A stretch of 63,207 nt of DNA from Candidatus Zixiibacteriota bacterium (GCA_028715215.1 JAQUSF010000003.1:1-63207); one strand, 5' to 3'. Counted from the first letter of the stretch, positions 47,275 to 57,421 are shown. Notes: generated by a model not told the origin, from the letters alone. A program made the numbers and translations.

Positions 47275-48192
47275 TCATCTAATTATAATCTTTACGGAAT
47301 CAGCGGAGGATTTTTTGACTCTAAAATTGGAGGGACAGTCAATTTTGACCGGTGCCAGACCTTCCCGGTCTATCTGCTTGTAATCAATTGATACGGTCAG
47401 GGCTTTCCGGTTTAACAGGTCGATATCACTGGGAGGGCCGGTTAACTCAACAGTCACCGTGGGTGGAAAAAGACTGTAGGTTTTATCTACGGGAGCGTTG
47501 AAAACCACCACCGGCAGGTTATCATATACCCTGGTCTTGACGGGTATTACTTTAATTGAAAGCGTAATGGAATCGGGTTTCAGGGAGATGCCGTATCCGG
47601 CCGGGGGAATCAGAGGCAGGGTTATGATGACATTGTTTTTCAGACCGGTAAGCTTTTTTTGCTCGGTAAAGACGGTCTGAAAACGTCTCAGAAGCGACCT
47701 GGGGCCTATTATTTCCACCTCCGAGGGTGTGGTCGATATGGGCTGGCTGACAGCAAAACCATCATCGGCGATGACTTCAAGGTCCGGCGTTACACTGATA
47801 GTCATCGAAGCCTTTTCATCGATTTGAAGGTTAATGGTGGTAGGGAAAACGATGTTGTCGAGAGTTACATTACTGGAAGGTTCCTTAAGGATGACGTTTT
47901 TGTTGTTTAGAGTCAGGTCATACGTACCGATATCGAACTGGGTGGCGTCGATATGCAGTCCCCGGTTGCGCCATTCCTCGCGTAATAGTTGTTTACCGGA
48001 AGCTGAGACCTTAACAGACAGAGAATCAGGCGGTTTTTTGGACAGGGTCAGATTTTCTTTCAAGACGATAAGGGAAATGGGCAGTTTCAATTCATAGGTG
48101 TAATTTTTTTCCGTTACCACGTGGAACCAGATGAGGAAACCCATTATTACGGCTATGACTTTAAGCCAGAAATTCTTGAAAATGCTTTTCAT
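47275..48192 (-). CDS. YbbR-domain (CdaR-like) protein
   Basis: An N-terminal TM helix is followed by three or four YbbR-like beta repeats (V.V.P..V.V.G). Confidence 0.7.
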   Translation of the reverse strand: MKSIFKNFWLKVIAVIMGFLIWFHVVTEKNYTYELKLPISLIVLKENLTLSKKPPDSLSVKVSASGKQLLREEWRNRGLHIDATQFDIGTYDLTLNNKNVILKEPSSNVTLDNIVFPTTINLQIDEKASMTISVTPDLEVIADDGFAVSQPISTTPSEVEIIGPRSLLRRFQTVFTEQKKLTGLKNNVIITLPLIPPAGYGISLKPDSITLSIKVIPVKTRVYDNLPVVVFNAPVDKTYSLFPPTVTVELTGPPSDIDLLNRKALTVSIDYKQIDREGLAPVKIDCPSNFRVKKSSADSVKIIIR

Positions 48193-48289
48193 TATCGATA
48201 TTTCGTTACCGTAACTTTAAAAAGTTCACATTAGCATGATAATGGTATGCAATCGACCGGGAGTTATCAATATTTAATCTAAAAAAAAT

Positions 48290-49762
48290 TCAATCGACCC
48301 GGTTGGGATTGTTCCACCAGAAACGGGTCAGACCCTTATCCGTGCCCACCCAGATATAGTCACCATCCAGGACGAGCTCATAGACATAGTTTGAGGGTAA
48401 GCCGTCATCGATGGTAAATTCCCGGCTGAAAGGCTTGTCCCGGTCATGGAAAATGAAAGTCATTCCCTTATCGGAAGCAATGGCGCAAATCCGGTCATTG
48501 ACCGCCAGCGCCCGACTTTGCAGCCGGTTGGTAAACTCGCGGAAGGACTCGGTTTCACCGGTGGCGGTGTTTAAGCGCAGGACGCCTTCATCGGAGGCAA
48601 ACCAGATAAAATCACCGTAAGGTTCAATACTGTAAACATCGCCGCTGACAAACATCTTAGGGTCCGAAAATTGCTGCAGACGACCGGTTTCCAGAGAGTA
48701 GCGGTAGGCTCCGATGCTGGTACCCAGCCAGAGGAAAGAACCTGCCCGGGCGATATCATAAATTACCTGGTTGAAGAAAAATTTGGGCTGGATTATTTTG
48801 AGGGAGTCACCCTCATGACTGACCATCGCCAGCCCCGATGCGGTGCCGATAAAAAGCGAATCACCGACGCTTTTAAGGCTGATGACGTTATTGTCAACCA
48901 GTCCGCGCCGGCGATTATAATAATCAACTATCTGAAGGCTTTTCTTGTCCAGGACGTAAACCCCGTACTCGGTACCGGCATAAATATTACTTTGGTTGCC
49001 TTCCAGGCAGTTAATGTCGTAGGCGGGGAAATCCGAACGCAACCCCGATTCAACGTAAAAAAAGCTGTTCTTAAGGGTATTATAAACCGAAATCCCGGTC
49101 CGGGAACCGGTCGTAACCGCACCGGAAACCCACAAAAGACTGTCATCGAGAAAGACGGCATTGACACGGTTCTGGAGCAAACCGTAAGGCAGAAGTTCCA
49201 CCAGGGTTGAGGTGCTCGGGGCGGTGGCCGGGCCGTAACCCCAGGTCCCAATCCAGAGAGTACCGGAACGGTCGTCGACAATATCACTGATGGGATAAGT
49301 CCGGGCGAAAGGGTCCACCAGGGAACCATCGCCAAGATAATTAAAACTGAAAGGTGGTATCAACGGTTCATCCCGGCGAATGTGCCGGTCATTGGTGTTG
49401 AATTCGGGAAGTTCGTTAAGGGGATACCAGCGGTCGAAGGTCATATCGTATTCGTAAAGAGAAAAACCGGTCTGGGCGTAAAGCCTGTCGTCAAAGGTAT
49501 CCACCCAGACTTTTTTAATTTCCTCCCTTGGCAGGCCGTCCGAGCCGGTGAGGGGTAATTCCCAGCGGCGTTCCATCTTGTTGTAGCGAATTATGCCCTC
49601 GGTGGTGGCGAAATAAGCATGCGACATGGAGGTGGCGATGGCGTTGACATAATTGAACTCGGCAAAAGTCACCGCCTGGTCCTTCAAAAGGAAAGCCCGG
49701 GCAGGAATAAACGATAATAGTACCGTTAATACGGTTATGAAAAAAGCAAAGCCGTAACTCAT
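48290..49762 (-). CDS. secreted beta-propeller protein (two-component-regulator-propeller-like repeats)
   Basis: Repeated W.GT..G motifs: LWIGTWGYG, IYAGTEYGVYV, LFIGTASGLAMV, LWLGTSIGAYRY, IWVGTDKGLTRF. Confidence 0.65.
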   Translation of the reverse strand: MSYGFAFFITVLTVLLSFIPARAFLLKDQAVTFAEFNYVNAIATSMSHAYFATTEGIIRYNKMERRWELPLTGSDGLPREEIKKVWVDTFDDRLYAQTGFSLYEYDMTFDRWYPLNELPEFNTNDRHIRRDEPLIPPFSFNYLGDGSLVDPFARTYPISDIVDDRSGTLWIGTWGYGPATAPSTSTLVELLPYGLLQNRVNAVFLDDSLLWVSGAVTTGSRTGISVYNTLKNSFFYVESGLRSDFPAYDINCLEGNQSNIYAGTEYGVYVLDKKSLQIVDYYNRRRGLVDNNVISLKSVGDSLFIGTASGLAMVSHEGDSLKIIQPKFFFNQVIYDIARAGSFLWLGTSIGAYRYSLETGRLQQFSDPKMFVSGDVYSIEPYGDFIWFASDEGVLRLNTATGETESFREFTNRLQSRALAVNDRICAIASDKGMTFIFHDRDKPFSREFTIDDGLPSNYVYELVLDGDYIWVGTDKGLTRFWWNNPNRVD

Positions 49763-50961
49763 CGTCCTGGTCTCGTTAAATAATCCAGTGTAGCGGCGAC
49801 TAGAAGCGAGGTTCCGTAAACCAGGGCGTTTTCATCGGCGATAAATTCCGGGGAATGCCAGGGCCGGTCGGCTTTGATATTTTCGTTCCTGATACCCAGG
49901 CGAAACATCGCTCCGGGTACTTTCTGAAGGTAAAAAGCAAAATCTTCGCCCCCCATAACCAGTTCTGACAGCGACACCCGCCCCGGGCCGAAAAGGGCTT
50001 TGAAATTATCAGCCAGAAGCCTGTTAACCCCGGTATGGTTTTTCAATGGCGGGAAGGAAGCCAGCGGAATGACTTCCGCCCGGGCGCCCCGTGCCCGGCT
50101 GACGCCGGCAACGGTTCTTTTAATTAAAGCCGGAATTTTCTTGAAATTTTTCGATGAAAAAGTCCGCGCCGTTCCGGCTATTTTAACCCTTTCGGCAATG
50201 GTGTTACGGGCCACGCCGCCTTCAATGGTGCCAAAGGTGATAACTACCGGGGCTATCGGGTCAGTCTCGCGGGAAACTATTTTCTGAATGGCTTCAATAA
50301 TTTCAGCCGCAGTGGTGATGGTGTCGACCGTAAGATGCGGCCGGGCGGCGTGACCGCCCGGGCCAGTGACGATTATGTCGAAATCAAACACCGAAGCCAT
50401 CGCAATGCCATCACGCAGAGTAATTTTCCCGGTGGGAATATCCGGGTCAACATGAAGCCCCAATATCATATCCACTTCCTCAAGGGCTCCATATTTAATC
50501 ATCGGCTCGGCCCCGCCCGGCGGCATTTCCTCAGCCGGCTGGCAAATGAGTCGCACCCGTCCCCTGAAGTGGTCTTTCATGCGCGCCAGTATGGCCGCGG
50601 CGCCTAAAATGACGGCCATGTGCATATCATGACCACAGGCATGCATCCGGCCGATATTTTTGGAACGGTATCCCAAACCGGTTTTCTCGGTAATCGGCAG
50701 AGCATCGATATCAGTTCGCAACGCCACCGTCGGGCCGGGACCGGAAGCGTCAAGTTCCGCCAGCACACCGGTCTTTAATTTGATGGGGATAACTCTGAAA
50801 CCGATTCTATTGATTTCTTTTTTTAAAAATGCGGTCGTTTTGAATTCCTGATTTGACAGCTCCGGGAATTGATGCAGATGCCGTCGCCAAGCCACCTGTT
50901 TTTTATGGTTTTTTTTGACTTGGGCGATAATCTCGCGATATAAGTTAACAACCGGTTTCAT
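49759..50961 (-). CDS. M20D-family amidohydrolase (N-acyl-amino-acid amidohydrolase-like)
   Basis: RMHACGHDMH, QPAEE and the domain order typical of M20D. It has a 4-nt overlap with the downstream gene. Confidence 0.85.
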   Translation of the reverse strand: MKPVVNLYREIIAQVKKNHKKQVAWRRHLHQFPELSNQEFKTTAFLKKEINRIGFRVIPIKLKTGVLAELDASGPGPTVALRTDIDALPITEKTGLGYRSKNIGRMHACGHDMHMAVILGAAAILARMKDHFRGRVRLICQPAEEMPPGGAEPMIKYGALEEVDMILGLHVDPDIPTGKITLRDGIAMASVFDFDIIVTGPGGHAARPHLTVDTITTAAEIIEAIQKIVSRETDPIAPVVITFGTIEGGVARNTIAERVKIAGTARTFSSKNFKKIPALIKRTVAGVSRARGARAEVIPLASFPPLKNHTGVNRLLADNFKALFGPGRVSLSELVMGGEDFAFYLQKVPGAMFRLGIRNENIKADRPWHSPEFIADENALVYGTSLLVAATLDYLTRPGR

Positions 50962-50984
50962 GATATTATTACAAAATAAGTTAT

Positions 50985-51710
50985 TTATGTTTCCAGGGAA
51001 AGTTCCGAGTCGGTTTTTTTCAGGTCTTTTTCATTAAATCTTTTGAATTTGTTGGCGAAAAGGTGGGCGAGTCGAAGGGGTTCGGGTAAGCGATAATCAC
51101 GCAAGCACTTAACGACTATATCCCGGGCTAAAAACAAGTCGCATTTATATCCCGGTGAGATAAAAATCGGCTTGACTCTGGCCTTGCTGCGATAAGCATA
51201 TCCCACCTCTTTACCATGCAGCAGGATGGGCTGACAACTGCCTTTATTCTCCCCTACCGGCCGGTGGGTACCGGCTAAAAGCTTGCGGGCACAACCGACT
51301 GTCGGAATTTCAAAACAGAGTCCAAGATGGCAGGCCAGCCCGATATACCGGGGATGAGCGATGCCATGGCCGTGTACTATCAGCAAATCCGGCTGACTTT
51401 TCAGTTTTTTTAAAGCCTCGATAATTACCGGGCCTTCGCGGAAAAAGAACAAACCCGGATAATAAGGGAAATTGACGGCATCGACATAATAGGTTCGTTC
51501 TATTTCCCTGAGTCCGGGGAATGAAACCACCACCACGGCGGCATAAAGTTTTTCACCGCCAAATCCGTAGGCGGTATCGATGGCGGCAATGGTGCTGGGT
51601 TCCTTATTATTACTCACCAGGTCTACCCGACCGGCCAACTCCTTCTGTATATTAACAGCCTCGTATTTATTCTTGGGCCAACCCAGACTTATTTTTGGCT
51701 CCACTACCAA
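50985..51710 (-). CDS. nfi: endonuclease V
   Basis: IAAIDTAY, LIVHGHGIAHPRYIGLACHLGL, PIFISPG. The exact start is uncertain (TTG or GTG). Confidence 0.85.
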   Translation of the reverse strand: MVVEPKISLGWPKNKYEAVNIQKELAGRVDLVSNNKEPSTIAAIDTAYGFGGEKLYAAVVVVSFPGLREIERTYYVDAVNFPYYPGLFFFREGPVIIEALKKLKSQPDLLIVHGHGIAHPRYIGLACHLGLCFEIPTVGCARKLLAGTHRPVGENKGSCQPILLHGKEVGYAYRSKARVKPIFISPGYKCDLFLARDIVVKCLRDYRLPEPLRLAHLFANKFKRFNEKDLKKTDSELSLET

Positions 51711-51850
51711 AATCCTTTCTTCTCTTTTTGGAATGTGATTGTGTCAGTGCTCACTTTTATATATGCTGTTTATACCAATCAGCAGCATGCCGGTTAAGTT
51801 ATTATTGAAGAATACTCTCTTAAGAAGATAAGCTATGCAAAAAAAAACTT

Positions 51851-51877
51851 TTGTCAAGTCCCGGGGTATGGTAATAT
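51851..51877 (+). promoter_or_regulatory. candidate promoter TTGTCA-N15-(TGg)TAATAT, followed by a GTAATAT tandem copy
   Basis: Extended -10-like TGGTAATAT lies about 40 nt upstream of the ATG at 51915. The spacer is short (15 nt). Confidence 0.3.
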
Positions 51878-51914
51878 GTAATATGTGAAACAGGGAAACA
51901 CCGTTTAACAGGTA

Positions 51915-53018
51915 ATGACCTTGAAACCTACTGTCGCCATACTGCTTTCCCGGCAGCCGCTGCGGCCCTGCGGCCAAACCGGGTGGATACGGCAATCACA
52001 GGCGGCCGTTCGGCGGCTGAAAGAGGATGATTGCACTCTATTATCTTCGGTCGGGATGTCCACCTGGGAGATGCTTACCACCCTGGCTTCGCTCTATCAG
52101 ATTCCGTTGAAATTTTACCTGCCGGCCGTTTCACATGAGGATTTCCTGCAAAAGAAGGCGTATTATCGCACGCAATTCGACTTGGCTGATCCCCTGACGG
52201 AATATATACCGGTAATAATCGAAAACCGGAATAAAACCAAAGAGGAGATTTGGGCTCAAAGAGATAAGCGCCTTATTGACGAAGCCGACCTTTTATTACC
52301 GGTTTCGATAAAAGAAAGTGGTCATATCAGTGACCTTATAAAAGCGTGCCCGGAAAAGAAAGTAAGTTTTGATTATAAAATAGACTATGAGTTCAGGGAT
52401 ACCCCGCTGGCTTATGAAATCGACCGGGGAAGAATAAAAGCGGAGACAGCCGCCCTGGCGGAGCAATATCTTATCCACTGGACCCGGACCGCCAATACCG
52501 CGTGGCCCGAAGAACGGTTACTGGATTATTACCGTGATATTCTCGAAAGCGAAGAATACCCGCGAAGCGCCCGGGCGACCCTGCTGAGAATACTGACCGA
52601 TAAAAAAATTTACGCCTCTAAAAAGAACATGCCGGCCAGGACCGCCACGGTTTCTTTTTCGGCCTTATCACCGCTTGAGCTTCTGCCGCATATGAAATGG
52701 CGCGCCCGTTACCGGCAGATGGCGTTCGAGCCGTATGGCCTGGGGATAAAGAAAGAGACCGCCTTGAGCCGGGGAGTCGTCCCGGTTGGTTATTATGACC
52801 GGTTGGACAGCCGGAAAAAAGAATATGCCCGTGATTGGCGATATCAGTCAACCGGTCGCATCACTGACTGGCGTAATGAAAAAGAATACCGCTTCAAAGG
52901 AGATTTCTGCTTTGACGGTATCGCAACTGATGACCTTATTGTTGTCTGTCGGTATGGTAAGGAAGCCCGGATGGTAGAAACCGCCACGGGCATAAAAACC
53001 TATTCTTTTACCGATTAA
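51915..53018 (+). CDS. two-domain protein: N-terminal DprA/Smf-like (SLOG-superfamily) Rossmann domain plus C-terminal AbiGi-like domain
   Basis: The N-terminal domain (VAILLSRQP...LLSSVGMSTWE...RDKRLIDEADLLLPVSIKESGHISDLIKA) mirrors DprA motifs (VGSR / SG.A.GID / RNR.I..L.D.V.VVEA...SG). The C-terminal domain (LIHWTR...LLRILTDKKIYAS...VSFS...PYGLGIKKETALSRGVVPVGYY...NEKEYRFKGDF) mirrors the AbiGi-type pattern (FHFT / L..IL / CF / YG.YGI...PV.Y / E.EWR). Confidence 0.55.
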   Translation: MTLKPTVAILLSRQPLRPCGQTGWIRQSQAAVRRLKEDDCTLLSSVGMSTWEMLTTLASLYQIPLKFYLPAVSHEDFLQKKAYYRTQFDLADPLTEYIPVIIENRNKTKEEIWAQRDKRLIDEADLLLPVSIKESGHISDLIKACPEKKVSFDYKIDYEFRDTPLAYEIDRGRIKAETAALAEQYLIHWTRTANTAWPEERLLDYYRDILESEEYPRSARATLLRILTDKKIYASKKNMPARTATVSFSALSPLELLPHMKWRARYRQMAFEPYGLGIKKETALSRGVVPVGYYDRLDSRKKEYARDWRYQSTGRITDWRNEKEYRFKGDFCFDGIATDDLIVVCRYGKEARMVETATGIKTYSFTD

Positions 53019-53031
53019 GATTAAGATTTTT

Positions 53032-56000
53032 TTATTTCAGGAGCACCATTTTAAGTGATGATTCAAAGTTGGGGGCGGACAGCTTATAGAAATAAATCCC
53101 CGAAGCCAGCGAGCCCGGCGGTGTCCAGATAATTTCGGTCTCGGTGCTTACAGTTATGCTGCTCAATTCATCGACCCGCCGGCCCAGGATATTGTAGAAT
53201 GACAGCGTATATTTCAGGCCTTCATCAAGGACGAACGAGATACTGGTGCTGCGGCTGAAGGGGTTGGGGATGTTCTGTTTGAGGACGTATTGTTTTACTT
53301 CGGGCTGATAATTTAATAATACGAAAACAAATACCGGCGAGTTGGAGGCGCTGTCGGAGGTTACGGCCAGAGAATCGCAATAGGTGCCGTAGTCAAGGCC
53401 GGTGACATTTATCTCCGGGGTAACATCAGCCGGGGTGTTCCCCGAGTTAGTGGTCAGACTGAGCCAGGGGTTGCCGCTGGTGACAGTGACGGTGAAAGGG
53501 ATAACGGAGCCATAATAGTCGGCAATATGGAAAGTCTGTGTTTCCATCTCGTCAACCGGGTCATTTACCGTATAAACCAGGGTGTCGGGTTCAACTACCA
53601 GAAACGGCCCTGGTTCGCCCATGAGTATGAAACGGCGGACATTGGACGATATCGTCGTGTCGCCGTTCTGGTCATAGGCAAAAACCCGCCAGTAGTAATT
53701 GATATCGAAAGAGAGAGAAGTGCTTGGGGTATAGGTGGTATTCAGCAGGGAGTCGATGGAAACGGGGTCGTTGAAATTTATATCAGTGTCGTACTGTAAA
53801 AGGTAACGCACCGTGTCATCGGGATTGGCATCGGTGGCCGGGGTCCAGGTAAAAGTGGGAGTGGAGTCAGCCTCGGGACCAAGCAGGGTATCGCTCGGCG
53901 CCAGGCAGAACGGCGCCAGCGGTGCCCAGGGAATATTTATGAAAGTATCAACGGCTTTATCGGAAATAGCCTGCAAATCGGCCAGGCTGTCGCCGGCCAT
54001 GATGATGAATGTTACCGATTTTTCCGCTCCGGGTAAAAAACTCATCGGTCCCGCTGACATCACCTGGAACAAATCCGCGCGGGCGCTTTTGTAGGTGTTG
54101 GCGGTGGTAAAACCGGAAACCAGCGAATTATACTTCTCGGTTTTGGTATAACCATTAAAATTGGTCGGTGTCACAGCTCCATAGTAGATATAAACAATAC
54201 TGTCACTGCGCCCGGTTTGTACCCCGGCCAGCGGACCTTCGATGAGTTTCATCCCCCGGAATCGGGAAAGTACCGGGGTGGTGACGCCGCTGTTATAAGC
54301 CTGCCAGGAAAAATCAGCGGTGACTTCATAACCGCCGGCATTGCGCGTATAATCATAGATGTCCCAGTCTAAAAACATACCCAGGTGGACATTGGTCAGG
54401 TTGTAACTGTTGGTGTTTGTAAGAACATAACGTATCATTATAAAATCATTGTAAGGCGCCTCAAAACTGAATGATTCCTGGCGGATATCGACGCCCAGCG
54501 GGTCATTGCCGTTATCGTCGCGAAATACCGAGTATGATTGTTGCGGGGCTTTCTCACCGGGGGCGAAAAATTGCATATTGCCGCCCGGGGCGACGGTAAA
54601 ATCCATATTCGGTTCATAGATATAACTGTGGATGCCGCTGGAAACTTCCACCGTGCTTCGTCCCAGGATTAGACCGCCTTCCCAGAGGTCGTTGTTAACC
54701 GAGTTGAAGCGGAAACCTTCCCCGCCGACCGGGTAAAGGGACCCGGCGCCAAGTCCGAGAATACCGTAGTTGCTCAGGCTGAAATTAATCTTCCCGGTGC
54801 TATGGGTGCTAATCGCCCTTACCCCCGGCGGTTCAACCAGGAAATAAAGACGAGCTTCAGCCGTATAACCCGTGCCGGTGATATTAAAATCAAGCGACAG
54901 TACCGAGCCTTCGGTAACTGTATCTGAAACGATGACGCGGATGGTATCATCAGAGCGGACGGTGTCGCCCTCGGCAATGTTTCCGAACGATGCCGTACCG
55001 GTCAGAACGGTCAGAGAGGGGTGGTAGCCGACAAGGGTCGCCGTGACGTTGGTCGCATCGGCGCCGATATTTTGCAGGACCACCGTGCCGCTTGCGGTAT
55101 TGCCGGGAGAGATTGGCGCGTGGGTGAAATCATACACCCGGACGTGCGGGGTGGTATTGACGGCGCTCAGATAATTAAGCGAAGCCAGGCAATCAATCGC
55201 TCCCCAGCCGTAATGGTTGTTGGGCAGGGTTCCCCAGGTAGCTTCAGCCTGCGTCCCGGCCAGGATGGCTTTTTTGATTTCATCGACCGTGGCGTTGGGA
55301 TTTTTCTGGCGCAACAAAGCCACCAGGCCTGAAACATGGGGAGCCGCCATCGAGGTTCCCGTCATGCTGCCATAACTGTTATTCGGTAATGTCGAACGAA
55401 TCGCATAACCGGGCGCAACAACATTGGGCTTGATACCGCCGCCAGGGCAGTCGGAAGGACCTCTGGAAGAGGTATTACTTAAAGTCGGGGGAACGACATT
55501 GACATTTATGTTCCCAATAGCAAAACAATCCAGGCTGTCATTAGCTCGATTGGCGGGATTGTATATAGCTGTATCCCGACCGGTATTTCCCGCTCCGAAA
55601 ATATTGACAATACCCAGCATTTCAATATTGTCAATGGCGTCGAAAAACACATTGGCACAACCAATGGAGCTATTTGGCATGGTTAGTTTATCGATGCCCC
55701 AGCTATGGTTGATGACGTCGGGGACATCGTCAATGGTGTTCGGATTACCATCCGGGTCGGCGGCCCATTCGAAAGCATTCAGAAAGGAAGTACCTGCGAT
55801 ATCAACCACCGCCGCTGAAATCCATCTGGCCTCTGGTGCGACGCCGACCGTGTAGTCAATAGCGGGATTACGACCGGTTAGAATTCCCATAACGTGAGTA
55901 CCATGGTTGGGATAACAGACACTGAGACCGCAATTGGTAATGGTATGGGGAAAGGACTGGTTGTCATAAGGGTCGAACCAGGCCGCGGCCGAGTCGCCGT

Positions 56001-56634
56001 CGAGCCCTTTCCAGCGGTCTTTTAAAGCCGGGTGATTACCGTCCACCCCGGTATCGAAGGTGCAGACCAGCCGCCCCAGGCCGGTAAAGCCGGCGGCATG
56101 GGCAAGGTGGGCGTTAACATAAGTCAGGTTACTGGTGACCGAATCAGTTTCAGCGGGATTGAAATATTCCATTATTGTCTGGTCCGGCGCGATAAGAAAA
56201 GTCTGCGGTATCAGGTCAATCGTTTCGATATCCTGGCGGGCGGCCAGCTCGGTTAATTCACCGGCGGTAATCTCGGCGACAACGGCATTGACCAGCCAGT
56301 AGCTTTTTATCTCGGCGGCTTTTTTATCCAGTGTCAGGGTGTTGAGTTTATCAAGCAGGGGCGCCTGGGCGCGGCGGTGAGTTTCTTTGAGAGCGGCGAT
56401 ACCGCGCGCATGGCGGTCAGCCAGGGTGCGGGTCTGGGTGTCCAGCTCGGTTTTGAGTTTCCCGATATCAACCGGGTCGGTTAGTTTGATAATCACTTTA
56501 ACGGCATCATCCGCTTTTTTCTCGCTGAGAAGCTGCATCAGGTCACCGGACAGCACCCCCGCGATGACGGGTTGGGCTATAAGGCATGATAAAATCAGAA
56601 GGGTGGAAAAAAACAGATATTTATAAGGCTTCAT
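53032..56634 (-). CDS. secreted S8 subtilisin-family peptidase with an I9-like propeptide, large beta-rich middle region and a T9SS-type C-terminal sorting domain
   Basis: Triad motifs are FDTGVDGNHP (Asp), HGTHVMGIL (His) and TGTSMAAPHVSGLVALL (Ser). The C-terminus reads NPFSRSTSISFVL...FYNILGRRV...SGIYFYKL...LKMVLLK. Confidence 0.9.
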   Translation of the reverse strand: MKPYKYLFFSTLLILSCLIAQPVIAGVLSGDLMQLLSEKKADDAVKVIIKLTDPVDIGKLKTELDTQTRTLADRHARGIAALKETHRRAQAPLLDKLNTLTLDKKAAEIKSYWLVNAVVAEITAGELTELAARQDIETIDLIPQTFLIAPDQTIMEYFNPAETDSVTSNLTYVNAHLAHAAGFTGLGRLVCTFDTGVDGNHPALKDRWKGLDGDSAAAWFDPYDNQSFPHTITNCGLSVCYPNHGTHVMGILTGRNPAIDYTVGVAPEARWISAAVVDIAGTSFLNAFEWAADPDGNPNTIDDVPDVINHSWGIDKLTMPNSSIGCANVFFDAIDNIEMLGIVNIFGAGNTGRDTAIYNPANRANDSLDCFAIGNINVNVVPPTLSNTSSRGPSDCPGGGIKPNVVAPGYAIRSTLPNNSYGSMTGTSMAAPHVSGLVALLRQKNPNATVDEIKKAILAGTQAEATWGTLPNNHYGWGAIDCLASLNYLSAVNTTPHVRVYDFTHAPISPGNTASGTVVLQNIGADATNVTATLVGYHPSLTVLTGTASFGNIAEGDTVRSDDTIRVIVSDTVTEGSVLSLDFNITGTGYTAEARLYFLVEPPGVRAISTHSTGKINFSLSNYGILGLGAGSLYPVGGEGFRFNSVNNDLWEGGLILGRSTVEVSSGIHSYIYEPNMDFTVAPGGNMQFFAPGEKAPQQSYSVFRDDNGNDPLGVDIRQESFSFEAPYNDFIMIRYVLTNTNSYNLTNVHLGMFLDWDIYDYTRNAGGYEVTADFSWQAYNSGVTTPVLSRFRGMKLIEGPLAGVQTGRSDSIVYIYYGAVTPTNFNGYTKTEKYNSLVSGFTTANTYKSARADLFQVMSAGPMSFLPGAEKSVTFIIMAGDSLADLQAISDKAVDTFINIPWAPLAPFCLAPSDTLLGPEADSTPTFTWTPATDANPDDTVRYLLQYDTDINFNDPVSIDSLLNTTYTPSTSLSFDINYYWRVFAYDQNGDTTISSNVRRFILMGEPGPFLVVEPDTLVYTVNDPVDEMETQTFHIADYYGSVIPFTVTVTSGNPWLSLTTNSGNTPADVTPEINVTGLDYGTYCDSLAVTSDSASNSPVFVFVLLNYQPEVKQYVLKQNIPNPFSRSTSISFVLDEGLKYTLSFYNILGRRVDELSSITVSTETEIIWTPPGSLASGIYFYKLSAPNFESSLKMVLLK

Positions 56635-56892
56635 GCATCTCTCCTGTTGTCAGCAACATAAACTGCGGATATCCGGCCGGTATCTGGTGAGGGCAATTGA
56701 TAAATTCCGGTTTTATCTTGTAAACATTAAAAGAAAAGTCCTGGTTCACTTTAAAATCAATATCTTATAAGTAAAATAAAGGTTGATAATTTTCTTTCTT
56801 AGGAAAATAGTATACCAGGAAGAATTTGTAAAGGTCTAATAATATAGCGGCCTTGAGAATAATCGGGTCAAAAGAGAACGGAGACAATTGAT

Positions 56893-57405
56893 ATGGCTTC
56901 AAAGTATGACGGTCTGAATCGTGAAACCCTTGAAAAGATGCTGGCGGATTTTGCTAAAAACTGGCTGGCACATGACGGCCTCTGGTTTCAGGCGGTGGAG
57001 AAACAATATGGTATTGATAAAGCCATTGAACTTGACCGTGAAGCCTGGGAGCAGTTCACGGTTATTGAGGCGAAAAGGATTATGGCTTTACACCGCATTG
57101 AACCCGGCAGCGGGCTGGAAGGTCTGAAAAAAGCCCTGGATTTCAGGTTATATGCTTCTTTGAACGAGCAAAGTATTGAAAACGAAACCGAAAATTCTTT
57201 CGATTTTTACATGATTGACTGCCGCGTACAATCGGCCCGTAAAAGAAAAAAGATGACCCTGTTTCCCTGCAAGTCGGTGGGGATAGTGGAATATGCCGGT
57301 TTTGCCCGGACGATTGACCCGCGGATAAAAACGCTCTGTATCGGGTGTCCGCCCGACGCTCAAGCCGGGGATAAGTATTATTGCGGCTGGCGTTTTTCTA
57401 TCTGA
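56893..57405 (+). CDS. small cytosolic protein, DUF6125/ATC-hydrolase-like (tentative)
   Basis: NWLAHDGLWFQAVEKQYG... and a C-terminal Cys set (DCRVQ, FPCK, CIGCPPD, YYCGW). The family was recalled from memory only. Confidence 0.4.
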   Translation: MASKYDGLNRETLEKMLADFAKNWLAHDGLWFQAVEKQYGIDKAIELDREAWEQFTVIEAKRIMALHRIEPGSGLEGLKKALDFRLYASLNEQSIENETENSFDFYMIDCRVQSARKRKKMTLFPCKSVGIVEYAGFARTIDPRIKTLCIGCPPDAQAGDKYYCGWRFSI

Positions 57406-57421
57406 TGTTATAAGCTTTTAA

